Of a stretch of DNA of 64,000 nt, positions 1 to 10,701 are shown one piece after another (the first letter of the stretch is position 1; every line of letters begins with the position of its first letter). Position numbers and translations under genes: made by a program. The stretch covers positions 2,112,001-2,176,000 of the forward strand of contig CBDCNP010000002.1 in assembly GCA_965219415.1 (NCBI GenBank). The letters are read 5' to 3'. This stretch comes from Candidatus Marinacidobacterales bacterium. GTDB lineage: Bacteria; Acidobacteriota; Vicinamibacteria; Marinacidobacterales; DATDRI01. Below the pieces are notes generated by a model, which had not been told where the DNA came from, did no database searches, and saw only the letters and a list, made by a program, of their open reading frames with translations.

Positions 1-1449
1 ATAATCCAGTCGCCTATTCCGCGATTCGCGGTGCGCCAGGCTGTCCCGGTTCCCGTCACGACCGCGGACCCATTCGTCGCGTTGACCGTACCGACGGTAT
101 AGTTGGGAGCGGTGCCGATGGACCGGTAGTTAGTGTCAGGAGTTGGAGCGAACGCGACATAAATGATCTCGTGGTCATCGATAATGTCTATGGTCCAATC
201 GAGGGTGAATCCATCCGCAGTAAAGCCGAGCAGATCCGCCTCATAGGTGATGTCCAAGGGGGGGAACTCCGTTGATCCATGTTGATCCCGACCGCAACCT
301 TGTCTGTCTTGGTGTAGATCCCGGCTTCGCTACTACCGCAGAAGCCAGGGGCATCTACATCGTGGTGAGTGATCCCCCCCTCCGTCGTTCCGTCGGATGC
401 CCCGAAGGATATCCGTCCGTGACTATCGGGGCTTCCGGTGGGTGGGATCTTATTCGCGGAAGCCAGCAACACGGCCTGAGGCTGAAATCCCACTCCACTC
501 ACGGTTTGTGTACCTGGCACATTGTCGAACTTGTTGAAGATCCCCACCTCATACATTCCCCCCTGAAGAGCGAGGTAGTAGACCTTGATGCCCGACGTGG
601 TGTTCAAGTCCTTGTTGAGCGTGAACCCGGTCAGGTCGAACGATGCGAGCTCGGCGGTATTGAGCGCCGCGCCGCTATTGTTCATGAGTGCCATCACATG
701 GTCCGTCATCTGCCACACCCAGGAGTCGGCGGCTCCTTCCAAGCAAGCAGACACACCGTCCTCGCTTAGGGTCCCCACGAAGGCTTCCTCCGTGGGAGAG
801 GAGGCGAAACCGAGGTAAACGGTACCGTCGGTCGAGGTCCCTGCCGCCGTCTGGCCGGCGCTCAGGAGCGTCACGAAATCAGGCTGGAAGCCAGGGGTTA
901 CCGACTGGCTGGCGGCGGCGTCCCATACGAACTCGCTCACGAGGGCGTTCGTTATATCCGAGCCTCCGAAGGCGATGTAATGAATGATGTCCGCTCGGGC
1001 CTCGTTGAGTGTCCAGTTGAGGGTGAATCCGCTCGGGTCGAATGACGTCAGCTCCGCTTCAGCGGAACGGGGGGGGTTCCATCGGACGTCATGAGGATGC
1101 TGTGCACGTCGGAGGAGTCCGTTCCGCAGTTGGAAGGGGAGACGTGGTCATCACAAGCGATGACCACGGCTCTTTCATTGGCGGGACCGCTGGCGAGGCC
1201 GTACCCCACCACCATGGGATCCCCAATGGGAGTGATCACTTCCGCGACCTGCCTAGTCCAGAAGAAGACGACCGCCTTGGGTTGAAAGCCGACCCCCGTA
1301 ATGGACTGGGCTACAGGTACGGACGTATTCGTTGTTTTGAGGAAGCTGCCTTTCTTGACCTGAAAATCAGCAGATGCGGTCCGGAGGAGAAACGGTGAAA
1401 AAAGGCCGACAAGTGTCAGCCAAGAAAGGACCGAGCGCTTCAATTCCAC
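1..1449 (-). CDS. Large secreted repeat protein, frameshifted, runs off window start
   Basis: Signal peptide MELKRSVLSW...ASA. Repeated unit (T/S)GVGFQPxAV ... GFTLNW. ORFs 1048-1449 and 188-940 plus the tail to base 1 join across G-runs near 1069-1076 and 258-264. Confidence 0.7.
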
Positions 1450-1576
1450 AAACCTCCGTGCTTCCCCCTCGAGTTGCGACCAGTATGCGAGACGCGGGCG
1501 AGGCGATATTGCAAATCAATCCTTGCCTGCCCCGAGCCATTAAGACGGAGCTGTTCTCGCGATCCACGCTATGAAC

Positions 1577-1593
1577 AGCAATGCGCATGCCAA
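1577..1593 (-). promoter_or_regulatory. sigma54 (-24/-12) promoter
   Basis: Minus strand TTGGCATGCGCATTGCT = TGGCA-N-TTGC with exact GG-N10-GC spacing, about 130 bp upstream of the secreted-protein gene. Confidence 0.6.
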
Positions 1594-1751
1594 AGAGTGG
1601 GCATCGTTTGGCAAGCTAACCTGTTGGGTTCGTTAGGATTAGACGTGCAATGTAGAGCGGGCGGTTATCTTGAATGCGTGGAAATTCCTACGATTGTGAG
1701 GGGGGTTTCCTGGATCCCGATATGGGTACCAACTATATAGATCGTTCGTTA

Positions 1752-1918
1752 TCTAGTGCCCTGTATCAGTGGTTCGTTGCATAAATCTCGAGGTCATTTT
1801 GTGTGCTGGCGAGGCGTGACGACGTAGTCATATCTAGATATTTCAAGGAGTCGCAACGAAGCCAGCGCGCAAAAGGGCCCGAGAGTTATGTGAAGAATCA
1901 CTGATACAGGGCACTAGA
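1752..1918. repeat. 167-bp palindromic MITE/REP-like element
   Basis: Perfect 20-bp terminal IR TCTAGTGCCCTGTATCAGTG (1752-1771) / CACTGATACAGGGCACTAGA (1899-1918). Imperfect pairing continues about 40 bp inward. Confidence 0.75.
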
Positions 1919-3350
1919 CGCCTAGGTTTACGAGCTTGGTCTCGAGGTAATTGTCAAGGCCCTCTTGGCCTGACTCGTGGCCTATCCCGCTCTGTTTCCA
2001 CCCCGGGAAGGGCCCTTCGGTGGCGGCCACCGCCCAATCGTTGACGCCGACCATGCCGAACTCCAAACCTTCATAACAGCGAACCGCTGTTTTCAGATCA
2101 TTGGTCCAGACATAAGAAGCAAGCCCATAGGGCGTCCGGTTGGCGACCTCGATAACCTGGTCGGTATCCTCGAACGTCGCGAGCGGCATGACCGGGCCGA
2201 AGATCTCTTCGTTATAGATGGGGACGGAAGGATCGACTTGGGTCAACACAGTGGGTTGATAGAAATACCCTTTGGCGAAACCCTCCGGCCGGCCCCCGCC
2301 GGTCAGAACCTCGACGCCCTTGCCGCGGGCATCGGCCACCATCGCTTCGACGCGTTCGCGTTGGGTGGCGTTGATCATCGGTCCCACGTCGGTCTCGGGG
2401 CGGAGACCGTCGCCGACCGCGAGCGCCTCGACGTTCGGGATCAACCGCTCCACGAACTGATCACAGACTTCCCGGTGAATCAGGAAACGTTGTGGAGAGG
2501 TGCAGACTTGACCGGCATTGCGATACTTGATACCGACCGCACTCTTGGCCAACGCGTTCACGTCGGCGTCTGGGAAAATCAACACCGGCGCGTTCCCACC
2601 CAGCTCCAAGGAGAGACGGGTAAAGGTTCGCGAGGCGCCATCCAATAGAATGCGCCCCACCCGGACGCTCCCGGTGAAACTGATCTTTCGACAGTCGGAG
2701 TGGTCGAGCATCATCTGCCCCATCGACTCCGGCTCGCCGTTAATGAGGTTCATCACGCCGGCGGGAATGCCCGCCTCGACGAGGATGTTCGTCATCTCCA
2801 TCGCGGTAAGCGGTGTGAGCTCCGAAGGACGGGCAACTACGGTGCATCCGGCCGCCAAGGCGGCGGCCCAAGCCCGCGACGTGTTGTAGGCGGGGAAGTT
2901 CCATGCGGTAATGATCCCCACCACACCGATCGGTTGCTTGAGAACCAAGAGGCGCTTACCGGGGCGCCGGGATGGTATCGTCCGTCCGTAGGCTCGTTTG
3001 CACTCTTCCGAAAACCACTCGAACAGATCCGCAGCGATGACCCACTCTCCCTTGGCCTGCGCCATCGGCTTGCCACACTCTTCGACCGTCGTCTTGGCGA
3101 GCGCCCCGGCACGTTCGCGCATCACATCCGCAGCCTTCCGCAAGATGCCGGCGCGTTCATAAGCGGTCCGCGAGGACCAACCGGGAAACGCGCGGGCCGC
3201 GGCGTCGATCGCAGCCTTGCAATCGCCGCCATCTCCGAAGGGAACTTCGCGCACGACGTCTTCGGTGGCGGGATTGATGACTTTCCAAGTCCCGCTGCTT
3301 ACGGCATCGACCCAATCTCCATCGATGTATTGCTTGTAGATGTAACTCAC
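1914..3350 (-). CDS. gabD: NAD(P)-dependent succinate-semialdehyde dehydrogenase-like aldehyde dehydrogenase
   Basis: ITAWNFP, FTGS, LELGGNAP, catalytic GQVC, EEIFGP, GWKQSGIG motifs. Confidence 0.8.
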   Translation of the reverse strand: MSYIYKQYIDGDWVDAVSSGTWKVINPATEDVVREVPFGDGGDCKAAIDAAARAFPGWSSRTAYERAGILRKAADVMRERAGALAKTTVEECGKPMAQAKGEWVIAADLFEWFSEECKRAYGRTIPSRRPGKRLLVLKQPIGVVGIITAWNFPAYNTSRAWAAALAAGCTVVARPSELTPLTAMEMTNILVEAGIPAGVMNLINGEPESMGQMMLDHSDCRKISFTGSVRVGRILLDGASRTFTRLSLELGGNAPVLIFPDADVNALAKSAVGIKYRNAGQVCTSPQRFLIHREVCDQFVERLIPNVEALAVGDGLRPETDVGPMINATQRERVEAMVADARGKGVEVLTGGGRPEGFAKGYFYQPTVLTQVDPSVPIYNEEIFGPVMPLATFEDTDQVIEVANRTPYGLASYVWTNDLKTAVRCYEGLEFGMVGVNDWAVAATEGPFPGWKQSGIGHESGQEGLDNYLETKLVNLGV

Positions 3351-3373
3351 GAGCGCCTACTCCTTTCAGTTGC

Positions 3374-4664
3374 TTACTTTGCCTGCTTAGCCTGTCGAGC
3401 CGGATGGTACTCGAGATCCAGCAAAGCCCACCGCGCCATCATGACGAAATTGAATGGCGAAGCAAACAACGCCTCCGAACACGAGGCCTAGTGAGACGGC
3501 AAGTATCTCGCTCCGCACACTCACGATTCCCACTACCGTGACCAGGACCCCAACGGTGACCAAAACGTTAGACAGAGCGCGCAGCCGGTGGTTGTAGAGA
3601 TCCTTCATCCCCGGCACCGCCGTCTTGCCGAAATCGCGCTGGAAACGCTCTTTCCAAACCCAAATCGGAAAGAGCTTGAAGGCAACCGTGGTGATGGTAA
3701 GGACGATCCAGCCGAGAAGCGCCGCGTAGCCGTACGCGAGTTGCACGCGCATTCGAAGCGGGTTCTCGGGTGCCGGAATTCCGAAAGCGAGGAGAACACC
3801 CGCCACGGCGGTCGCTACCAGGATAACGAGCGGTACGACTTCCCACTCCCTCGCCCTACCGGTTACGAAGGCCCGCACCGGGCCCCAAGCCTGCCAGGCG
3901 ACAACCACCAACAACACCGTCGCAAAGGGAGCGCGCCATGGAAAGTCGGCCAGAAACGAAATGGCCAGTCCCAAAATTCCCACCTGCAGAAGCCAGAAGC
4001 GAATGGGAAGCAAACTCTCCCTGCCGCGGGTCGTGGGAACCAAGGTTAGCTGAAACCCGAATATCATCATGGTCACCCACCCGATTCCAGCCAGGTGCAT
4101 ATGAGCGAAGAGGTTGGACGTGAACCTACCGGGCAGCAGACTCGTCTCCCTGAGGAGGATCTTGTTGAAGCCCAGTAACGCTCCCAGCGACGCGGCCAAC
4201 ACCAGGTAGACCATCGCGGCGGCGACGTAGGGAGCGATCTTGTTTCCTCCGAAGGCGCACCGCCAAACGCCGGAAAAGTTCACGAGCTGAACGATGGCGG
4301 CAGCGAGAACCAGCAACGTTGCCCAAGCCATACCATTCCACCCGTCACGCCAGAAATGAAAGATCATACCGGTAGCCCCCACGAAGAAGAGAACGAACTG
4401 GATGCGGGCGAGCCGGGCCGAGCGGGGGTTGACGCGGAGGCTCATCGGAGCGAGCCGCAAGATCACTCCCATCATCAAGGAAGTGACGAAACCGAGGGTT
4501 ATGACGTGAGTAAGGGCAAGGAACTCGGGAGAGTAGAAATATTCCAGAAACTGTCGGTGGCGAACCCACATCCACAGGGTCCCGCCAAGGAGCGACGCCA
4601 TAGCGGTGAGCATGAAGGGCTCTTCGATTCGCGCATGCCCTTGCCTGCCGTTGGCGGGTGACAA
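3374..4664 (-). CDS. Multi-pass membrane protein with TM histidines, +1 frameshift near C-terminus
   Basis: About 12 hydrophobic segments; THVITLG and AHMHLAGIGW. Removing one base near 3453 gives ...NFVMMARWALLDLEYHPARQAKQAK*. Confidence 0.65.
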
Positions 4665-4673
4665 CTGACGTTT

Positions 4674-5922
4674 CTATTCGCTCGAACTTGGGAGAGCGAA
4701 ACTCGTTCGATCGACGACCACCTCACCGTTGTGAACGACCAACAGGATGTCCTGCAAAGCGACGATGTCCTCGAGAGGGTTACGTTCGACGGCGATGAAG
4801 TCCGCCTCGAGCCCGCTACGGATGGTCCCTGTTCTACCATCGACGCCGAGCAGTCTTGCCGCCGTTGCGGTGGCGGCGCGAATGGCCTCCATCGGTGAAA
4901 GCCCGCACTTCACTAGCTCTTCAACCTCATGTTGAAGTCTCAAGACTCCCTCGGGCCCGAAGCCGGTGTCGGTCGCGGCAGCGATGGGAACTTGCATTGC
5001 GTGGGCCTCACGAACCACCTCACGAAGACGATTCAGCATGTGGCGACCGCGTACTTGAAGAAACGGATCGTCGTAATCGCCTCCCGGAGCGGCGAGATCA
5101 GTAACGACGGCCACCGTGGGAACCAAGAAAGTTCCTTTCTCTTTCATGAGCTCGAGTGTCGTCGTCGTCAAATAGGTTCCATGCTCGATGCTGCGGACTC
5201 CCGCTCGCACCGCGGCGCGAGCTCCCTCGTCACCGTGCGCATGAGCCGCCACCGGAATGCCCGAGCGACCGGCTTCGTCCACCACCGCCGCGATCTCTTC
5301 TTCCGACATCGTTTGTTTGCGCGGGTCGGTGTCGGGTAGCCCGGCTCGTTCGGTGGAAGTGATCTTGATCCCAATCCACACGATGACGGATGTTCGCTTC
5401 GGTCACACGCCTAAAAGCGGCGGGTCCGCGGACTCCCGTCATCAAATCCGCCAGCCCCGGCTCGTCAATGAAGAGCTCGGACGACGGAGTCGGTCGGACA
5501 TGGTAACCGGCGGCTAGAATCTCGGGGGAGTCGATCGCGCCTTCTCGGGCCAGTTCGCGAAGACCCACGTCGGTGAAATGGGCGGCCCCCATGCTGCGCG
5601 CCGTCGTTACTCCAGATCGGAGCGCTTTCTCCGCGCTAAGAACTCCGCCGAGGTGGACGTGAGCGTCGATCAAACTGGGCAGCAGATACTTTCCCTTTAG
5701 ATCGATCAACTGCGCATCGGCTGCGGCTGGTGCGGACCCCTCCATGACCTGTTCGATGCGACCATCGCGAACGACCACGGTGGCATTCATCAGAGCGTTC
5801 GAGCCCAACCCGTCGATCACGTTGGCATGGGTCAGGATCAAGACTCCGTTCGACGTTGACTGGGCGCCCAGAGGGGTCACGAGCCAGATGACCACCGCTA
5901 GACTCAACGAGATCGACTTCAT
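4674..5922 (-). CDS. Secreted metal-dependent amidohydrolase, frameshifted near 5371
   Basis: Signal peptide, LIDAHVH, VDW-IKIT (extra G), AAHAHG, SIEHG, TDTG, ADFIAVERNPLEDI. Confidence 0.85.
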
Positions 5923-5936
5923 GGTGTCCCTCCCGC

Positions 5937-6338
5937 CTAATGGCCCATCGCTCCCACTCGCTCGGGCTCGATGTAATAGAGGACGCGAACTTCCTCGGGG
6001 GTGCGGTACGGGTATTGGTCCTGGCCCAAGTATTTCTTCGCCATCTTATCGATGTGGGCATCCGCACCGTTTTCGGTGATCTTTACGACCCGCCCCCGAA
6101 CCATGATCGCGCTATAGGGATTGTCGGGATCGATAACCGAGAGGGCGACGCGCGGATCGGCGCGCATGTTTCTGTCCTTCAATCGTCCCTTGGCGGAATT
6201 GACAACGATATGGTCTCCCTCGGTGTCGACCCAGACCGGACTCACCTGCGGACTACCATCCTTCATCCGAGTCGCCAGGTGGACGAAGGCCTTTTTCGAA
6301 AAGATTCCCTTCTGTTCTTCAGATAGTTTCTGCGACAT
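5937..6338 (-). CDS. PPOX-class (putative F420-dependent) pyridoxamine 5'-phosphate oxidase family protein
   Basis: LATRMKDGSPQVSPVW, KDRNMRADPRVALSV, KKYLG..YP motifs. Confidence 0.85.
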   Translation of the reverse strand: MSQKLSEEQKGIFSKKAFVHLATRMKDGSPQVSPVWVDTEGDHIVVNSAKGRLKDRNMRADPRVALSVIDPDNPYSAIMVRGRVVKITENGADAHIDKMAKKYLGQDQYPYRTPEEVRVLYYIEPERVGAMGH

Positions 6339-6427
6339 GACTTACCTCCGTTGGAAGACGTGGCCCCACAGTCTAGCAGAACAACCGGTTTTGGGGCGGC
6401 GGGCGGACCGGGAGGGGTTGGGCGGAG

Positions 6428-7951
6428 CTACTCGCCGAACTTGATGCCCTGAGCGAGCGGCAGATCCTGAGACCAGTTGATGGTATTGGTCTGGCGACGC
6501 ATATAGGCCTTCCAGGCGTCCGACCCTGACTCCCGGCCGCCGCCGGTCTCTTTTTCGCCGCCGAAGGCGCCGCCAATCTCGGCGCCCGACGTTCCAATAT
6601 TGACGTTGGCGATCCCGCAGTCGGAGCCGCGAGCCGACAGAAACGTCTCCACCGTCCGCATGCTATCGGTGAAGATGGCACTCGAAAGCCCCTGTGGTAC
6701 ATCGTTGTGGATCTGAACCGCCTCTTCTAGATCGTCGTACTCCAGGAGGTAGAGAATTGGAGCAAACGTCTCTTCTTTGACGATATCTGCCTGCTTGGGC
6801 ATCTTCACGATCGTCGGCTCGACGAAATTGACTCCCAGATCCTCCCGTCTCTTACCCCCGGCAATGATCTCTCCGCCTTCCTTCTTGGCCTGCTCGAGAG
6901 CCTTGAACATATCGTCGACCGCCTTCGAGTTCACCAGCGGGCCCATCAAGACTTCCTCTTCCAGAGGATCGCCGAGGCGCACTTGCTTGTAGGCTTCGAC
7001 CAAACACCAGGTGAGTTTCTCGCTGATGTCCTTCTGTACAATGATGCGGCGAGTCGTCGTACATCTCTGCCCTGAAGTCCCGACCGCACCGAACAGGATG
7101 GCGCGCACCGCCAGATCCAAAGGCGCGTCTTCGGCGACGACGATCGCGTTGTTGCCTCCCAGCTCGAGGATGGTCCGTCCAAAACGTTTCGAAACCGTTT
7201 CTGCCACTCGACGGCCCACTTTGGTGGAACCGGTGAAGGAGACCAAGGGGACACGAGAATCGTTGAGCATCGCCTCACCCACCTCGTTGCCCGATCCGAT
7301 GGCGAGCGTGAAGATACCTTGGAGGCCGTGATCCGCCATCACGCGATTGGCGACGTGTTGGATCCCGATTGCCGTGAGAGGTACTTCGGTGGACGGTTTC
7401 CACAAAACCGGATCGCCACACACGCTCGCAATCGCAGCATTCCAAGACCACACCGCTACCGGGAAATTGAATGCGGTGATGATGCCCACCACACCCAAGG
7501 GATGCCATTGCTCGTACATCCGATGGCTGGGGCGTTCGGAATGCATCGTCAACCCATAGAGCTGCCGAGAAAGCCCGACCGCGAAGTCACAAACGTCGAT
7601 CATCTCCTGGACTTCGCCGTGCCCTTCCGCCCTCAACTTGCCCATCTCGAGAGAAACCAGATCGCCGAGAGGTTCCTTCAGCTCGCGCAGCGCTTCTCCG
7701 AGGTCGCGGACGACTTGACCACGCTGCGGAGCCGGAACCGCGCGCCAAGCTTGAAACGCGGAATGCGCGCTGGAAGCTACTGTCTCGTACGATGTACTCG
7801 TCGCTTGGACGATCTTGGCGATGGGCTCTCCGGTCGTTGGGTTGAAGGAAATTATCTCCTTGCCATCCGGATCCTCGATCCACCCATCGGGCCCGGTGCA
7901 GGCCCCCGCATTGACTTCTTTAATTCCCAACTTTTCCAAGATCGACTTCAT
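6428..7951 (-). CDS. amaB: ALDH7-type aldehyde dehydrogenase (piperideine-6-carboxylate/aminoadipate-semialdehyde dehydrogenase)
   Basis: GEVQEMIDVCDFAVGLSRQLYG, GQRCTTTRR, GAEIGGAFGGEKETGGGRESGSDAWKAY. Confidence 0.85.
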   Translation of the reverse strand: MKSILEKLGIKEVNAGACTGPDGWIEDPDGKEIISFNPTTGEPIAKIVQATSTSYETVASSAHSAFQAWRAVPAPQRGQVVRDLGEALRELKEPLGDLVSLEMGKLRAEGHGEVQEMIDVCDFAVGLSRQLYGLTMHSERPSHRMYEQWHPLGVVGIITAFNFPVAVWSWNAAIASVCGDPVLWKPSTEVPLTAIGIQHVANRVMADHGLQGIFTLAIGSGNEVGEAMLNDSRVPLVSFTGSTKVGRRVAETVSKRFGRTILELGGNNAIVVAEDAPLDLAVRAILFGAVGTSGQRCTTTRRIIVQKDISEKLTWCLVEAYKQVRLGDPLEEEVLMGPLVNSKAVDDMFKALEQAKKEGGEIIAGGKRREDLGVNFVEPTIVKMPKQADIVKEETFAPILYLLEYDDLEEAVQIHNDVPQGLSSAIFTDSMRTVETFLSARGSDCGIANVNIGTSGAEIGGAFGGEKETGGGRESGSDAWKAYMRRQTNTINWSQDLPLAQGIKFGE

Positions 7952-7976
7952 CGTCTAAAACCCTTCCCGACGTTGA

Positions 7977-8213
7977 TCAGGCCTTAGGCTTCGGCGGTGG
8001 GAGAGTAAAGGCCTTGGCTTCGTGACTAAACCCTGCACGATTGTGAGATCCGTCGCAGAACGGCTTGTTTTCGGAATTACCGCATCGACACAACCCGATG
8101 ACGTCTCGACCGGCGAGGTCATAGGTGTTCCCTTCGCCGTCTTGGATGGTGAAGCTTCCCTTTATTCGAAGTGGACCATTCTTGGAAACGGTGATCTCGC
8201 TATCCGCCATCAT
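7977..8213 (-). CDS. CDGSH iron-sulfur domain protein
   Basis: LCRCGNSENKPFCDGSH. Confidence 0.92.
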   Translation of the reverse strand: MMADSEITVSKNGPLRIKGSFTIQDGEGNTYDLAGRDVIGLCRCGNSENKPFCDGSHNRAGFSHEAKAFTLPPPKPKA

Positions 8214-8271
8214 TCATCTCCTTGGCATCTCCTTGCTCTCGTTCCGACTCGTAGTATACCATTCAGGAACT

Positions 8272-8565
8272 ATGCCAGAAGATGATGAGCCCAAGAGCGC
8301 CGTCGAGCTCGCTATGGAGAAACTCCGCGCTCGGGGAGATTTCGCGGAGACGTCTTTGACCGACGCACAAAAGGCCGAGATTGCGGATATCCGCAGCCTT
8401 TACAAATCGAAGATCGCCGAGCACGAGATCCATGAAGCGGCCAAAATGAACCAGGCGACCACGCTGGAGGACCTCGAGGCCATGAAAGAAGCCTTGGCCA
8501 AAGAGAAAGAGCGTCTTAGTCACGAGATGGAAGACAAGGTCAAAAAGGTTCGTAGCAGTAAGTAA
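8272..8565 (+). CDS. Small helical hypothetical protein
   Basis: MPEDDEPKSAVELAMEKL...LTDAQKAEIADIR; charged coiled coil; upstream of bshA. Confidence 0.7.
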   Translation: MPEDDEPKSAVELAMEKLRARGDFAETSLTDAQKAEIADIRSLYKSKIAEHEIHEAAKMNQATTLEDLEAMKEALAKEKERLSHEMEDKVKKVRSSK

Positions 8566-8690
8566 TTCGCATCATCACTGCCCTCCCGCTATTTGAAGTT
8601 TCCGTTACCCGCTTCTGCGTGCGCTCGTTCGCCATCCTTCTTTGTCTGCAGTAAAGTATGGACGGGGGAGAAGAGGGGCAGCGGAAAAAT

Positions 8691-9842
8691 ATGAAGATCG
8701 CAATCACCTGCTATCCTACTCACGGCGGAAGCGGCGTCATCGCTTCCGAGCTCGCACTGGGTCTCGCCGAACGAGGTCATACGATCCACATCGTCAGTTA
8801 CGCGGTTCCCTTTCGACTCCGCACGTTCCATCCCAACGTGCGCATCCACGAAGTAGAGGTGGCCAGCTATCCCCTCTTCAAATACCCGCCCTACACGCTA
8901 GGGTTGGCCACGAAGCTGGCGGAAGTGGCAACCGAGCAAGAGGTCGATGTCATCCACGCCCACTACGCCGTCCCACACGCGGTGAGCGCCCTTCTCGCCA
9001 AACAGATCTTGGGCGGTGACTCGCCGAAGGTCATCACGACGCTTCACGGCACCGACATTACCCTGGTGGGAGCCGACGAGTCGTTTCATCGAGTGATTCG
9101 CTTCGCCATTGACTCTTCGGATGGAGTGACCGCGGTGTCCGAGTACCTTCAGCGACGAACCGTGGAGCAGTTCGAGCCCGAAAGAGCGGTCGAAGTCATA
9201 TACAACTTCGTCAACACCACGAGATGTCAGCGCACCACCGAAAAGTGTGCCCGCGGACACTGGGCGCCCAACGGTGAGAAGATCTTGATGCACGCTTCAA
9301 ATTTTCGTCCGGTGAAGCGCGTAAGCGATGTGGTCCGAATCTTCGACCGCGTACAAAAACAGATCCCCTCCAAACTCTTGCTGGTGGGCGCAGGACCAGA
9401 ACGGCTATTCGTTCAACAGCTCGTCAAAGAGCTCCATCTGACCGAGCATGTGCACTTCCTTGGAGAGCAGGACTACTTGGAAAGCCTGCTCGGCTGCGCG
9501 GATCTCTTTGTGCTTCCCAGCGAGCAAGAGAGCTTCGGCTTGGTCGCCCTAGAGGCTATGAGCTGTGAGGTTCCGGTCCTGGGAGCGAGCATCGGAGGGT
9601 TGCCCGAGGTGGTCGCTCACGGCGAGACCGGCTTCTTGTTCCCGGTCGGTGAGATCCAGCAAATGGCCGATGCCGCCATAGAGCTTCTCACAGACGAGCA
9701 GGAGCTCGAGCGGTTTCGCCGATGCGCTCGCCAATGGGCAGTGGAGCGCTTCGACTCCGAAATCATCATTCCTCGGTACGAGCAGTTCTACCGAGAGGTG
9801 CTCGAGCGCGAGCCGAAGGCAAGTCAAAGAACCGTTTCTTGA
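8691..9842 (+). CDS. bshA: N-acetyl-alpha-D-glucosaminyl L-malate synthase (GT4)
   Basis: [57 protein letters not shown]. Confidence 0.88.
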   Translation: MKIAITCYPTHGGSGVIASELALGLAERGHTIHIVSYAVPFRLRTFHPNVRIHEVEVASYPLFKYPPYTLGLATKLAEVATEQEVDVIHAHYAVPHAVSALLAKQILGGDSPKVITTLHGTDITLVGADESFHRVIRFAIDSSDGVTAVSEYLQRRTVEQFEPERAVEVIYNFVNTTRCQRTTEKCARGHWAPNGEKILMHASNFRPVKRVSDVVRIFDRVQKQIPSKLLLVGAGPERLFVQQLVKELHLTEHVHFLGEQDYLESLLGCADLFVLPSEQESFGLVALEAMSCEVPVLGASIGGLPEVVAHGETGFLFPVGEIQQMADAAIELLTDEQELERFRRCARQWAVERFDSEIIIPRYEQFYREVLEREPKASQRTVS

Positions 9843-9874
9843 TCAAGATCCGGTTCACGGCTACGCTCGCCTCT

Positions 9875-10372
9875 ATGCGCTGGCCCTTGTTCCTTCTGAA
9901 CTCGGCGTTCATCGCCTGTGCCCAGCCACCCACCAAAGAAATCGACACGACCACCGAGCGCGTGGCGCGAGCTCGAGAGGCGGAAGCCCACATTTACGCG
10001 GACAGCTTCTTGATCGAAGCGGAGGCCGCGCTGGCCGAGGCCCGCCTAAATCTCGAGGCGAAACGTTACCGCGCCGCGCTGGAAGCAGCGTCATCGGCCA
10101 GCATTCAAGCCGACGAAGCCTATGCACGCGCCGTTCTCCGAAAGCAGAGGATGGAGCGACGGGCGCGACGGCAGCTGCGAGAGATCTTTGCGCTACTCGA
10201 CCAAGCCCGCAGTCGCGGCGCCGGTCCTCAATCGGTGAAACCGCTGGCCGACCGTTTGGGCGAGCTGGAGAGAGCCTTTCGGCGGGGAGGTTCGCCTCAC
10301 GATATCTTCGAGGCGGGTGCCGAGCTCAAGAACAATTCGCTCGAACTATTGGGTCGATCGCGAAGTCAATAA
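9875..10372 (+). CDS. DUF4398-like lipoprotein
   Basis: Lipobox-like FIAC, then QPPTKEI..A...A helical alanine-rich pattern. Confidence 0.6.
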   Translation: MRWPLFLLNSAFIACAQPPTKEIDTTTERVARAREAEAHIYADSFLIEAEAALAEARLNLEAKRYRAALEAASSASIQADEAYARAVLRKQRMERRARRQLREIFALLDQARSRGAGPQSVKPLADRLGELERAFRRGGSPHDIFEAGAELKNNSLELLGRSRSQ

Positions 10373-10398
10373 TGGCATCAAGTGCTCAGTGCGCGCTC

Positions 10399-10471
10399 CC
10401 GCCTTCGCTGGCTCCACGAATCCGATCAAGCCAGCTTCGGCGAGGTCCCGCCGAAGCTTCAGCGTAGGCGG
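10399..10471. repeat. REP-like nested hairpin
   Basis: Outer IR CCGCCTTCGCTG/CAGCGTAGGCGG; inner perfect AGCTTCGGCG-N6-CGCCGAAGCT; lies between convergent genes. Confidence 0.6.
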
Positions 10472-10666
10472 ACACTCCTCGTTCGCGCGCTTGACGCCTC
10501 GCTCTTTCATCAAGGCCGCGGGGCCCCCCTTTCTTCGCAATGCGCCCGTCCTTCGGCCGGGCTAGCCCTCCGTTCGACAGACTCGCTGCGGAAGGCGGCA
10601 CGGCTCTCGCTTCGCTAGCGCTGCGCTCGGGCTGACGGCTCCGCTCGGCTAAGGGTCGTCGGCCCG

Positions 10667-10701
10667 CCGCCTGGCTCGCTCCGGTCAATGCAACCACGCA
10701 A
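10667..10701 (+). repeat. Truncated copy of dispersed 44-bp motif
   Basis: CCGCCTGGCTCGCTCCGGTCAATGCAACCACGCAA, close to the reverse complement of 55873-55916; abuts the dapF stop. Confidence 0.65.
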
